Positions 41,676 through 54,567 of a stretch of 64,000 nucleotides of DNA are shown here, piece after piece. Positions within the stretch are counted from its first letter, which is position 1. Each line of letters starts with the position of its first letter. The notes beneath the pieces are model-generated. The model was given only the letters and a program-made list of their open reading frames with translations. It had not been told where the DNA came from and searched no databases. Origin of the DNA: an uncultured cyanobacterium (GTDB lineage: Bacteria; Cyanobacteriota; Cyanobacteriia; Leptolyngbyales; Leptolyngbyaceae); assembly GCA_963766075.1 (NCBI GenBank), contig CAVYAN010000061.1:90598-154597 (forward strand), read 5' to 3'. The position numbers were made by a program, and so were the translations under genes.

Positions 41676-41741
41676 AGCAGAGGCGCAGGGGGAAAGGGTA
41701 TTGCTTATTGTAATCTGCGGCTAGGCTAGCCGGGAAGCCGA

Positions 41742-42443
41742 TTAGCCCCAAAATCCGAGAATCTGAGCTACGACAATATGCAAAGCGGCATCCGCGAGCA
41801 AGTGGCTGATATAGCTCACCCATAGCGATTTGGTTTGCCGGACGCAAATCGACCAAATGACCCCAGCCGCGAATACGCCCAGACTTCCGAGGATGACCGC
41901 TCGTCCATCGGGCAGATAAAATTGGAGAATCAACACATGATGAAAGGTAAATAAGACGGCTGATAGCAATGTAGCCCTATATTTAGGAAATAGTGTGCGA
42001 CATTGTCGATCGATGAACCAGCGCCAAAAATACTCCTCGAACAATGAGTTGATGAATGTAAAGTAGAAACCAAATAGTAAAAAGGTTGGATAGCCGTTTA
42101 GCCCGATCTTCGCCGCAATGGTGCGAATAAAGGCGTCATCAAGCCAAGTTTGACCAATCCAGCCATAGATAAGAACAATCACAGCAAACATGGCACTGCC
42201 CAGAACCAATCCCGCCACAAGTTCATTTCGGGTGGGTCGAATGGGATGCAGCGATCGCTTTTCAATTTGGCGGGTCCACCACCAGGGCAATACCCCCATC
42301 CAGACATAGGACAATCCTGAAATGGCCAGACCGAGCGGACCCGGAAATCCGAGGCTGGCAACCACCCCGATCGCCTGGGCCGGAGCCGCCAGCCCTAGGG
42401 CGAGCAACGCATTACGCGCTTTAGGCATCACTTTAGTCATCAT
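41742..42443 (-). CDS. CPBP (CAAX/Abi) family intramembrane metalloprotease
   Basis: NSLFEEYFWR, FTFHH, SHLLAD motifs. Confidence 0.88.
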   Translation of the reverse strand: MMTKVMPKARNALLALGLAAPAQAIGVVASLGFPGPLGLAISGLSYVWMGVLPWWWTRQIEKRSLHPIRPTRNELVAGLVLGSAMFAVIVLIYGWIGQTWLDDAFIRTIAAKIGLNGYPTFLLFGFYFTFINSLFEEYFWRWFIDRQCRTLFPKYRATLLSAVLFTFHHVLILQFYLPDGRAVILGSLGVFAAGVIWSICVRQTKSLWVSYISHLLADAALHIVVAQILGFWG

Positions 42444-42541
42444 GGGATTACACCAATCATGAATATTGGCGTTGTAGCACAATCATGCTGGGTGACAGTC
42501 CGCGCAAGAGGCACTCTAGAAGTTGGCACAAGGCTGCGCTC

Positions 42542-45162
42542 CTAGCTGGATGGGGTCTTTGCCTCCAACAGTTCCAAGCGGCTCTTTAAGCTTTGGTTCT
42601 CTTTTTTTAACTGATCGAATTCCTCGCGCAGTTGCTTGATGGATTGATCCGAACCCGCATTTTTCTGGACGGTTTGGATTTGTTCCTCGGCAATGCGGCG
42701 AACGCGGCCATCGGGGGTTTGGTCGGCGAGGGATTGGAGTAGGGCGATCGCCCGCGTTGTTTCCATTTTGCCCAGGGCGCTGGCTGTGGCCACTTGGGTC
42801 AGGAAAAAGGTTTCCCGCGACAGCTCGTTCAGGCGGGACAGAATGCGTTCTAGGTTGGGTTTACTTTGGCCTGTGGAGATGGGGCCGAGGGCGCGAATGG
42901 CCGCGAGACGGAGGGCCTGGGGAATCCCGGGCACGGTGTAGTCCAAGATCAGATTCAAGGCTGCCTCTGAGGTTTTCATTTGACTTAGAGCAGCGATCGC
43001 GCCCGCTCGGACGACTTCATTCCACCCTTGACGGTTCTGGAGGACAGACTGGAGGAGGGCTAAGGTGTCTGCCGTAATCTGTTCGTCCAATAGGGTGGTG
43101 GCGATGCTAGCCAGTGACCGGAGTGCCGCCGCTTCGGTGTAATAGCTGGGGTCACCCGCGATGGCTAAAGGCTTGATAGCTGCATAACTTTCCCGCGTCT
43201 TGATTTGGGCTAAGGCTTCAACGGTGAAGCGACGCACTCGGGCATTGTCATCCTGTAGACCCACCACTAATCCTGCGAAGGCTTGATCCAGTTTGATGGT
43301 GGCCAGATTGGTAGCGATTTCCATGCGGACTCCCCAGAAAGGCTCCGACTGGAGCGCTTTCGATAAGGCATTCACGGCTTCGAGGCCGCCTTTTTTGGCG
43401 AGGGCTTCGGCGGCGTAAATCCGGGAGAGGGGATCGGGGTCGTGTTGGAGTTGGGCCTTCAGTTCGGGCAGGGGATAGTCCAAGACCACGGTTTTGAGGA
43501 TGGCGTTGCCCGCATCGAAGCTGACAAAATCGGGTTTCTGTTCTAGGGGAAAGTAAAAGGTTTGCTGCTGCTCGTGGATTCGGAGCGTTTGAGATTTAAG
43601 GGTGGCGGTAGTGACGGGGTCGGTCGGCGGGGTCGGGGCAGATGGACTCGTCAGATAGCCGAAGGCGATGGGTATTTTCAGATCGAATAGGTTACGCACG
43701 ATCGCTATTATCCTTCGCTTGGGTTTGGGTGACGGTCACCTTGGCCAGGTGATTCTCGCCGTCCCAACTGTAGGCAACGGTGTAGTCGGGATGGCCGCCA
43801 CGATAAACGTATTGGTCAAAGAGGTAGAGGAAATTGCGTCCGGTGGCTTTTTCAATGGCGCGCAGGAGGTCTACGGTTTCGACGGTGGTGTGGGCGTTGT
43901 CATTGACGAAGGTGGCGATCGCTGACCAGAACAGATCCTCACCCAATTCCGCCCGGATCATGTGATAGACGCATGCACCTTTTTCGTAGAGATGGCGATC
44001 GTAGAGTTCGATCGCTTCGCGATACACATGGGTGACAATGGGGCGACGATAGCGGGTGCTGTCCTCGTCCAGGTAGCTGCGCGCTTCGTTCAGGCGATAG
44101 TAGGCGGCGGCGTCCGGACCATATTCCGCTTCCATCCACATAATTTCGGCATAGGAAGCCATGCCTTCCTTAATCCAGGCATGGGACCAATGCTTAATCA
44201 CAACCAAGTCACCAAACCACTGGTGGGCCAGTTCATGCACCACCAGGCTTTCGGTATTGAGGTTATCCAGTGCGGCCCGTTCGTCCAGCAGGCAGCGATC
44301 GGTCAGTAACGTCGTGGAGGTATTCTCCATCCCCCCAAAGATAAAATCATCGACGCAAACCTGGGCGTACTTAGGATAGGGATAGGCATAGCCATACTTT
44401 TGACTCAAGAATGACATCATTTTTGGCGTTTTGCCCATGCTGATTTGGGCCTGCGCTTCTCGTCCTTTTTCAACGTAGTAGGTGACGGGTTTGCCCTGCC
44501 ATTCATCCTGAATTTCGGCAAAGTCTCCCACAGCTAAGGTCATTAAATAGGAAGGATGAACCTGCTTCTGGTACCAATGATAGATGCGGTAATCGCCGCG
44601 ATCGTCACGGTTCCATTAATTCGCCATTAGATACGGCGATGAAGGGCTTGGGAATCTGCACGCGCAGTTCGGAAGTGGCCAGTTGTCCCGGATAGTCAAA
44701 GCAGGGAAACCAGAAGCGGGAATCTTCGTCTTCCCCCTGAGTCCAGACCTGTACGGGCTTATCGGGATAGTGCTGATCTGGAGCAATGAAGTAAATACCG
44801 CGCTGGGGATTGTCTACGCTGTAGGCAATCTCTAGGGTAATGGGTTGGTCAGCGATGGTCGGTGTGGTTAAGTGCAGGGTCAGTTGCTCGCCGTCATAGT
44901 CAAAGGCTTGGGCGATGCGATCGATCTTAACCCCGTGAATCGTGAGGCTGACGGCATCCAGGGTTAAGCGCTGGATGCCATTACGAACGGGGTTGAGCCG
45001 AATGGCGCAAGTGCCAGCATAGCGGCGTTGTGGAATATCAAATTCTAAATCGAGCGCGATATGCTCGACTTCGCCGGGGCGATCCGGGGTGTAGTGGGGC
45101 TTTGCACCCGGCAGTTCAAAGGCGTTGTGCTGATCAGCCGGATCAAAACGGGAATTTAACAT
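42542..45162 (-). pseudogene. pepN: M1 aminopeptidase with C-terminal HEAT repeats, split by frameshifts near 44607 and 43697 (likely sequencing indels)
   Basis: WTQGEDEDSRFWFPC, GGMEN, HELAHQWFG..KEG (HExxH-x18-E), YEKGA, HEAT region. Three consecutive ORFs form one cyanobacterial PepN. Confidence 0.88.
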
Positions 45163-45464
45163 GACGGGGTGGGGTAGCGCCTGACAGCGAATATAGAGTC
45201 CCTATTCTACGCTTCCTACCCACTTTATGCTATCCCCAGGGGCCAGTTCCAGGGTGCCACCGGGGCCAGATGGAGTTGGCCAGCTATCAGTCAGATAAAC
45301 TGGCCCAATGAGCTTGGGGCCTGAATCTAGACCTCTGGGGTTGGGTTATTTGGGGACAGACGGACTCCAGAATGAAGGAGCGCAATGGCGGAAGCTCATC
45401 AAATAGAGTCAGAGATCGCGGCGCTCCCCCTTGAGGCTTGCTCTAATACCCATGCAGAGAAGCC

Positions 45465-45500
45465 TCAAGGTTTAGACTAACTTCAAGGTTTAGACTAACT
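45465..45500. repeat. 18-bp tandem duplication adjacent to IS end
   Basis: TCAAGGTTTAGACTAACT x2. Confidence 0.85.
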
Positions 45501-45507
45501 ATAGTCA

Positions 45508-46836
45508 GGCGATTGCCAAGAATAAGATTATCAGCTAGGTTGAATCAAGATATCACATTTGGGTAAGTCAGGATGTCGTTTGAGCATGAGTTCAATCTCC
45601 TCCATCTCCCGTTTAGAGAGAGAAATGCCCTTGCGATAGGTGTTGTTGTTCACTTGGACGATGGGAAGAATCCCCTTCCAAGTCATACTCTGCGCCCAGC
45701 CCACGAGAGTCTGGATATCCCGGAGTAATGTCCCATTCCAGTGTTGTTCTAGAATGCCCCAGCACCGTACCCTTCGGGAAGGCGAAGCCTACAATGGGAT
45801 TGTATTTACTGTGATAGGGGGGATAGTACAAAAGTTGAATCGGCATCCCGATGGTGTCAGCAAGACCCACCATGCGTTTGAGGAATTGGGTCCGCACTCC
45901 ACTACTCTCTGGACCATTATGGATTTTTAATTGGAGTAATCGCGTCTTCTGTTGTTCCAGAGCAGATAAACCGTGCCACCAAGTCTGCAAGTTATCGACG
46001 ATAAAATCACTGGTCTTGGAGGAACAACCCAAGTACAGATAAAGCTATCCACTGTCCTCGTCTAGAATCCCGCAGGGGATAGACTTCCCGGCGCTGCCGA
46101 AATCATGATCGAGTCCCTGATTCTGGCCTCGGGTACGCCCGCCTCGGCAATACTCACCCAAATTGACTGTGGCTTTGCAATCGAGGCTTAATCGTTTGAC
46201 GCCAGGGGTATTTTGAGGCTGATCTTTCGCTTTGACGTTCTCAAAAATCGCATCGGTTTCCGGCAGTTTTTTTAGGCTTGGCTTTGACGACTTTGCGTAA
46301 TCGGTAGCCCATTCGATTCAAAATCAAGCCCATCCCATTTTCTGAGGGCAGAATTGCTTCATCAACCCCGGCCTCACGCAGCGCCTGCAGGGCTGATTTC
46401 GTGGTCAAGCGCGTATGGGCAATAGAACTGTGAAATGTTGGATCTTGTTGGGATTGAGCTTCGGCCAGAAGACCTAAGGTGGCCGAAGCAGTCGGGTACT
46501 TATCTTCCCACCGTTTTGCTCCGGAATAACCCGATTGGCGACCGATACAACGAATCCCACTCCGCTGCTCGGCTAAGCCCAGTTCCACGCTGGCACGGCC
46601 CCAGCCAAAGCGGGATTCGGCTAGGCGGGCCTGACTATTACAGTACTTCAGTGTCATTTCGGCTTGAAAGCGGCGGCGAGCCACGAGATCCATTTTGGAT
46701 GCTGCTAGACGCAGATCGTTGATCTGACAGGCGGTGAGTGATGGTGGGGCTGAATTCTCCATGTTCGGGCTCGCCGACCGATTGAAACGTTGGAACTACT
46801 CTACTCAATTCGGTAATCTTTTTTCTGGGAATGGCC
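45508..46836 (-). mobile_element. ISAzo13-family insertion sequence, degraded transposase (45531-46762)
   Basis: TIRs GGCGATTGCCAAGAATAAGATTATC / GGCCATTCCCAGAAAAAAGATTACC (19/25). Transposase motifs QQDPTF, GYRLRKVVKAKP, SLDCKATV, KTSDFIVD, YYPPYHSKYNPI, CWGILEQHWNG. Lesions: frameshift at A7 run 46267-73, in-frame TAG 46045-47, insertion 45769-91. Confidence 0.88.
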
Positions 46837-47224
46837 TAATTGGTAAACAAGTCACCATTCGGAAATAGCACGGCTCTGCTCCACGCTCGTAAGCAAGTGA
46901 TTTCTCAAGAATCGAACTACCAACTATTGGGGTTTTATCCCTCTTATCTCGCTTGCACAACTCTGCAACAGACCAGAAATGGTTAAATTCGTTACTTTCT
47001 GCTTGAATAAACTCAAATTCTTCACATTCTTCGCTTTTACGAATGAGAGTTATGTCGTCTAGACTTTCACACCAAACTTCTATGAGTGCCTTGTTCTGAA
47101 GTATATCTATGCAATACCCAGCAGAAACGTGATCTTGAAACTCAAATCCACTGCGAGCAATTACGCCACCACTTTCTAGAGGTGGTACATCACGATACGA
47201 GGGTAGGGGAGATTCTGAAGGCAA
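46837..47224 (-). pseudogene. Truncated Cap4/DUF4297-like dsDNA endonuclease (Lamassu LmuA/CBASS effector-type)
   Basis: GGAGG RBS plus TTG at 47224; ESGGVIARSGFEFQDH, VWCESLDD, EFIQAES PD-(D/E)xK-like motifs; AT-rich; cut by the IS end. Confidence 0.65.
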
Positions 47225-47529
47225 ACTATCCTCCGGCAGCAGTATATAAGCGTGAAATATGTTTTCCTTTTTAGCTATTTTAATACTGTAATTCAAGAGG
47301 CTATAAACTGGAAGAAATAGCGCCACGAGCTAAAAACCGTGTTGTAGTAGATGCTATGGAAGCTGTTAATGAGTAGCATCAGTTACTTGATGCTACTAGA
47401 CACGATCTTTGTTGGCAACTCTGTGCTGAGTCACGCCAGTACTCTTAATCTTCTGCATCGAGTTCAATCGTTGCTCGAAAATCTGCGATCATTCATGATG
47501 TTCAGGCAGACAATGCCAATATCTACGCC

Positions 47530-47668
47530 AATCCGCAGCGTCTCCCGCTGCTCCAGCGGCGTCGCCAACGTACTCCGAAACGCCTGCAACTGCACCGTCC
47601 GCCCCACAAACGAACCCTTCGGCGAACGGTGCAAACGGTCTTTCCAACTGGGAGTGCGATCGCTCATG
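47530..47668 (-). pseudogene. N-terminal fragment of an AAA/STAND-type ATPase
   Basis: MSDRTPSWKDRLHRSPKGSFVGRTVQLQAFRSTL (FVGR motif), ending before Walker A at a GC-to-AT-rich junction. Confidence 0.45.
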
Positions 47669-47863
47669 GCACAGTCAACAGCAATAGGACAAGGGCTGGA
47701 CAAATACGTCCATGTTCATCAGTATGGCTCAGAATTCTGAGCGGCGATCGCCCTCCATCCTCTTCAGAATCTGCCTGAAAGCTCAGCAGATTGTTAGGTG
47801 CGGGATATTGTGCCCGTTATCAAGCAATCGGATGCCTGCCCTAGGCGAATAGCGGGGTATACG

Positions 47864-47889
47864 AAAAAAAGGGGCAGGATCCTGCCCCT
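47864..47889 (-). terminator. Rho-independent terminator of chlL-chlN operon
   Basis: AGGGGCAGGATCCTGCCCCT stem plus T run on the minus strand. Confidence 0.85.
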
Positions 47890-47916
47890 CAAGCATTTGC
47901 TATTTCCTGCTGTGGT

Positions 47917-49888
<1,972 letters not shown>

Positions 49889-50005
49889 AGGTCTCCAGAG
49901 GGGTTTGAATCAAAGGCGGAATTCAGAATACACGGTCTGATTGACACGTGGCTATATTCCAGACTGCAAAACCCCAATTTTTTTTAGACCTGCTTTAAAC
50001 CGACT

Positions 50006-50869
50006 TTAAACCATCATCAAATCCAGCTCTTGTTCAGAACGCACCGGCGCTTCCTTCGGATTCAGGTAGAAGTCAGAAAGGAGGGCGAATAGGTCACGAT
50101 CCGGCGTATCGTTTGGCACCACGCCTTCGGGGCAGGCCAAAATCTGATCGGCAATATTCAGATAGAAGTCGCAGACATAGTTCAATGACGGATCCGTTTC
50201 CGCCATTTCAAACAAAGTCTTGCCCTTAACCCGCGAGACACGAATGTCTTCAATCAGGGGCAGCACTTCCAGCACAGGCATCGGCACCGTTTCCACGTAC
50301 TTTTCAATCAGATCGCGCTTGACGGTGCGGTTGCCAATCAATCCGGCCAGTCGCAGGGGATGGGTGCGCGCCTTTTCTCGCACCGAAGCGGCAATCCGGT
50401 TGGCGGCAAACAGAGCATCAAAGCCATTGTCGGTGACGATCATGCAGTAGTCGGCGTAGTTCAGAGGAGCCGCAAAGCCACCACACACCACATCGCCCAG
50501 CACATCGAACAAGATCACGTCATACTCGTCAAAGGCGTTTAATTCCTTCAGGAGCTTCACGGTTTCCCCGACGACATAACCGCCACAGCCCGCCCCCGCT
50601 GGGGGTCCTCCGGCTTCCACGCAATCGACGCCGCCGTAGCCCTTGTAAATCACATCTTCGGGCCAGACATCCTCGTAGTGGTAGTCCTTTTCCTGAAGGG
50701 TATCAATGATCGTCGGAATCAGAAAACCCGTCAGCGTGAAGGTGCTGTCGTGCTTGGGGTCACACCCGATTTGTAGGACCTTCTTGCCCCGGCGCGCGAG
50801 GGCGACCGAAATATTGCAGCTTGTCGTGGATTTGCCGATGCCGCCTTTGCCGTAAACTGCGAGTTTCAC
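50006..50869 (-). CDS. chlL: Light-independent protochlorophyllide reductase Fe-S ATP-binding subunit
   Basis: [45 protein letters not shown]. Confidence 0.98.
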   Translation of the reverse strand: MKLAVYGKGGIGKSTTSCNISVALARRGKKVLQIGCDPKHDSTFTLTGFLIPTIIDTLQEKDYHYEDVWPEDVIYKGYGGVDCVEAGGPPAGAGCGGYVVGETVKLLKELNAFDEYDVILFDVLGDVVCGGFAAPLNYADYCMIVTDNGFDALFAANRIAASVREKARTHPLRLAGLIGNRTVKRDLIEKYVETVPMPVLEVLPLIEDIRVSRVKGKTLFEMAETDPSLNYVCDFYLNIADQILACPEGVVPNDTPDRDLFALLSDFYLNPKEAPVRSEQELDLMMV

Positions 50870-51450
50870 TCTACTGTTCTCCTAATAGTCGCGTGTCGCG
50901 TATCAAAGTAGTCGCGTATCAAAGGTGAGCTTGAGCGGAGAGATTCAAAGGCGTTGCCCGTTTCCCCTTGTCACTTCCTGGTCTCCATGGAAAGCATTAT
51001 TGTCGAACTCTCCAGGAATGGAAAGCTAACCCAATCCTGGATCCACCTGTCATTTCGATGTTTTGGACTTAAGTCAGTCTAATTTGAATTTAAATCCTTA
51101 CCAAGGCACCTGAATCGACTTTAACCCCCTTTAGAGACTCTGCATAAACTCTTTTTATAAAAATAGGAACAAAAGTAAAAATATCTCAATCGCTTCTCCT
51201 TGAGGGGTTTTGGGCGGAAAAATTCGGCAGATCGCCCTCCATTTTGCTGCTCAGGCGCACCCACCCCAGTTGTTTGTTAAGAATGATGAGAACAGGGGAT
51301 TGTATTAAGAAGCATGAGGAAGTGTTGCGCAGACTCTACACCTAGAGCAGCATGGAGACCGCCCTAGCTCCAGAAATCTGCCCCAAAACTGATTGCTAAG
51401 ATCGGGTTGCCCTGAATTCTGATCAGGGTGCACTCGGCTTTATTTAATTT

Positions 51451-52446
51451 CTAATTTCTAATTTGAGAGATCTGTCCTTCCGATAATCCCAAAATCACAG
51501 CCACCTGACTCATCTCCATTCCCGTGGCCAAGAGATTTTGGGCGGCTTGATAGAGTTGCGCCTCGGCTTTTGCTTTCGCCAGTTCTGCTTGTTCCCGCTC
51601 TAATTCTGCTTGTTCGGTATCCGTCAGGAACCAGTGGCCTTCGCGATCGCACCACCGCAGCCAATGACTGGGAATATCCCCGAATATGCCGTCCCAAATC
51701 CCCAGGCCAATGCCCAAATCCTCTATCCAGAGACGCGGATTGTCTGGGTGCAGCCGTTGCTCTTGATAGCTGCCGCCAATCAGTTGAAAATGGCGCAATC
51801 GTTTAGTGTAGCGACTATAAACAATGTAGTGAGGAATCCGTAAATACTGCTCATACACCTCAAACTTGCCCGGTGGTTTTACGCGATCGCGTCGGGGTTG
51901 CCCCAGACCGTTCGTCACGGTGGCCGAGGGGTTCCGATTAGAGGGATCCTCCAATCGGGCTGGATTCTCCGGAGCAGGGGCAGGCGGCTCTGGGGTTGCG
52001 CCTGGATCCGGCACTTGCGCTGAGGCATCATAAAACCGGCCCAGATCGTCTCGTTCCGTGCCGGGGGACAAAAACTCCACTACAACGTGGGGAGATTGCC
52101 CTTCCTGCCAAATCACATAGCTGCGCCGCAGATCCTGGTCTTCGTACATCCGGGGAACATCGACCACCAAAAACCAATCCGGGCGCTTGTGCCACAGGGG
52201 ATGCTTGACGTCGTAGTAGAGATTGAGATCCGAGGCGGTGAAGTAGTTGTCGCGGGCATAGTGGGCTAACCGGAGCGTCCGGCTCAGCAGTTGGGGTTGC
52301 AGGTCATGGAATTCGTCTGGCAATCCTGGCTCCTCTGGATCTTCGCTGGGCAGGTCGTACATCGTCGGCAACGTTTCCTTGGGCGATCGCGGCGGATCGC
52401 TTTGCCCTATTGGCCTGTAGATAATCTCAGAGGAAATCTCTGCCAT
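51451..52446 (-). CDS. Uma2 (DUF820) family endonuclease-like protein
   Basis: LPTMYDLPSEDPEEPGLPDEFH, KRPDWF, VVVEFLSPGT, WLRW. Confidence 0.9.
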   Translation of the reverse strand: MAEISSEIIYRPIGQSDPPRSPKETLPTMYDLPSEDPEEPGLPDEFHDLQPQLLSRTLRLAHYARDNYFTASDLNLYYDVKHPLWHKRPDWFLVVDVPRMYEDQDLRRSYVIWQEGQSPHVVVEFLSPGTERDDLGRFYDASAQVPDPGATPEPPAPAPENPARLEDPSNRNPSATVTNGLGQPRRDRVKPPGKFEVYEQYLRIPHYIVYSRYTKRLRHFQLIGGSYQEQRLHPDNPRLWIEDLGIGLGIWDGIFGDIPSHWLRWCDREGHWFLTDTEQAELEREQAELAKAKAEAQLYQAAQNLLATGMEMSQVAVILGLSEGQISQIRN

Positions 52447-52587
52447 ACGCCTTGTCCCCCGGATGTGAACCTCAGCCCCATTTTAGCCCGAAAATTTCCT
52501 TGCCTATTTGGCCAACCTGGCCTAGACTGGAACGCCTGATGGGTGTGGAGATCTTCACCCTTTGCCGTTCACCCTGGGATTCTTTGC

Positions 52588-53781
52588 GTGAATCTTCGCC
52601 AACTGATTCCTTTTTTTGACACCAGCGCTCAGGATTGGGCGCTGGAAGCCCGGTTGCTGCGCTGGATTACCTTTGTGTGGCTGATTGTGGGATTGGTGGT
52701 GGTATTTTCGGCTTCTTTTGCGATCGCCGATGCCGAAAACAAAGATGGACTCTATTATTTCAAGCTGCAAATTGTTTGGATTTTGATTGGGTTAGTCGGC
52801 TTTAACGTGATCGTCCATACGCCCATTCGCTATATTTTGGGCTTAGCCGACTGGATTTTGCTCGCCATTCTGGGGATCATCGCTGTTACCTTGATCCCTG
52901 GCGTTGGCATCTCGGTCAACGGAGCCACTCGCTGGCTCTTTATCGGTCCGATTCCGCTGCAACCCTCGGAGCTGGTCAAGCCCTTCTTAGTCCTACAAAG
53001 TGCGCGAATTTTTGGCCAGTGGGATCGGCTGAAATGGCGGACCCGCCTCCTCTGGCTGGGTGTTTTTGCCTCAGTCCTTGTGGTCATTCTCCTACAGCCC
53101 AATTTGAGTACAGCGGCCCTGTGTGGGATTACCCTATGGTTGATTGCCCTTGCCGCCGGGTTACCCTACCTGTACCTGGTGGGCACCGGCAGTTTGGGCC
53201 TGCTCCTCGCCGTGATTAGCGTCAGCCTCCGCAGTTACCAGCGCCAACGCCTGCTCTCCTTTTTGAATCCCTGGGCCGATGCCCGTGGAGCGGGCTATCA
53301 GCTAGTACAGAGCTTGCTGGCCGTCGGTTCCGGGGGCATCTGGGGAGCGGGCTTTGGTCTATCCCAACAAAAATTATTTTACTTGCCAGAACAATACAAT
53401 GATTTTATCTTTGCCATTTTTGCAGAGGAGTTTGGCCTCGTGGGCTGCCTGGTGCTGATGCTGGTACTGGCGGCCTATGGCACCCTCGCTTTGATTGTGG
53501 CCATTAAAACCCAAAACTCTATCCATCGCTTAATTGCCGTGGGCGTGATGGTGCTGATTGTGGGACAGGCATTGCTGAACATTGGGGTGGCAACGGGGGC
53601 ACTGCCAACGACAGGGCTTCCCTTCCCATTGCTCAGCTATGGGGGCAGTTCCATGATTTCTAGCCTGCTGGCGGCGGGGCTGCTGGTGCGGGTGGCTCGG
53701 GAAAGTAGCGAGGGCCAAGTGGTGCCCTTTGGTCGGGATCAGCGGCGACGGCGGGTGAGAAATCCTGGGATGGGAGGGTAA
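52588..53781 (+). CDS. ftsW: SEDS family cell division protein
   Basis: NGATRWL, QPSELVKP, QPNLSTA, GYQLVQSL, YLPEQYNDFIF, PTTGLPFPLLSYGGSS; GTG start at 52588. Confidence 0.88.
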   Translation: MNLRQLIPFFDTSAQDWALEARLLRWITFVWLIVGLVVVFSASFAIADAENKDGLYYFKLQIVWILIGLVGFNVIVHTPIRYILGLADWILLAILGIIAVTLIPGVGISVNGATRWLFIGPIPLQPSELVKPFLVLQSARIFGQWDRLKWRTRLLWLGVFASVLVVILLQPNLSTAALCGITLWLIALAAGLPYLYLVGTGSLGLLLAVISVSLRSYQRQRLLSFLNPWADARGAGYQLVQSLLAVGSGGIWGAGFGLSQQKLFYLPEQYNDFIFAIFAEEFGLVGCLVLMLVLAAYGTLALIVAIKTQNSIHRLIAVGVMVLIVGQALLNIGVATGALPTTGLPFPLLSYGGSSMISSLLAAGLLVRVARESSEGQVVPFGRDQRRRRVRNPGMGG

Positions 53782-54539
53782 TGATTATGCTGGAAGCACC
53801 GTTGGAAACGCTGCAAACGCAGCTTTATGACTTAGCGAATTACGCCAATACGTTGGTGGCGGGGCAATTGGTTCATCTCACACCGGCGAGCGTGGGGATC
53901 CTGTTTTTAGCGGGATTATTGACCAGTTTGACGCCCTGTACCCTCTCGATGCTGCCCATTACGATCGCCTACATGGGCGGCTACGAGTCCAAGGGACGAC
54001 TACAAGCGGTGGGACAGGCTACAGGGTTTGCCCTGGGCTTGGCTACCACATTGGCGGTCATGGGCTTATTGGCGGGATTGCTGGGCAAGATCTATGGTCA
54101 GGTGGGCCTAGGGTTACCCATTGTGGTGAGTGCGATCGCCATTTTGATGGGCCTCAACCTGTTAAATGCCTTGCCCTTCACCCTGCCCAGCTTCGGCGGC
54201 ATGGATTGGATCTCCCAGGAATTGCCTGCTGTAGTCCGAGCCTACTTGATTGGTACCACCTTTGGCTTAGTTGCCTCCCCGTGCAGCACCCCCGTATTAG
54301 CTACATTGCTGGCTTGGGTTTCTAGCACCCAAGATCCAATCTTGGGTGGCGTGATGCTCTTAGCCTATACCGCAGGCTATGTCGCCCCATTGATCGTGGC
54401 AGGTACCTTCACAGCCTCCATCAAAAAATTACTCGAACTGCGCCGCTGGTCTAGTTGGATCACTCCTGCCAGTGGGGCGCTATTAGTCGGTTTCGGCGTG
54501 TTTTCGCTCCTCGTAAGGCTTTTGCCAGCGGACTTTTAA
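53781..54539 (+). CDS. ccdA: Cytochrome c biogenesis thiol-disulfide transporter
   Basis: TSLTPCTLSMLP and ASPCSTPVL Cys pair, multiple TMs. Confidence 0.93.
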   Translation: MIMLEAPLETLQTQLYDLANYANTLVAGQLVHLTPASVGILFLAGLLTSLTPCTLSMLPITIAYMGGYESKGRLQAVGQATGFALGLATTLAVMGLLAGLLGKIYGQVGLGLPIVVSAIAILMGLNLLNALPFTLPSFGGMDWISQELPAVVRAYLIGTTFGLVASPCSTPVLATLLAWVSSTQDPILGGVMLLAYTAGYVAPLIVAGTFTASIKKLLELRRWSSWITPASGALLVGFGVFSLLVRLLPADF

Positions 54540-54567
54540 TTGCACCCGGTCATTGCACCCTACCGTC

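Noticed and set aside
45385..45480. 31-aa ORF with AAGGAG upstream (MAEAHQIESEIAALPLE...), faintly antitoxin-like
   Set aside because: Too short, the similarity is only impressionistic, and no toxin gene is adjacent
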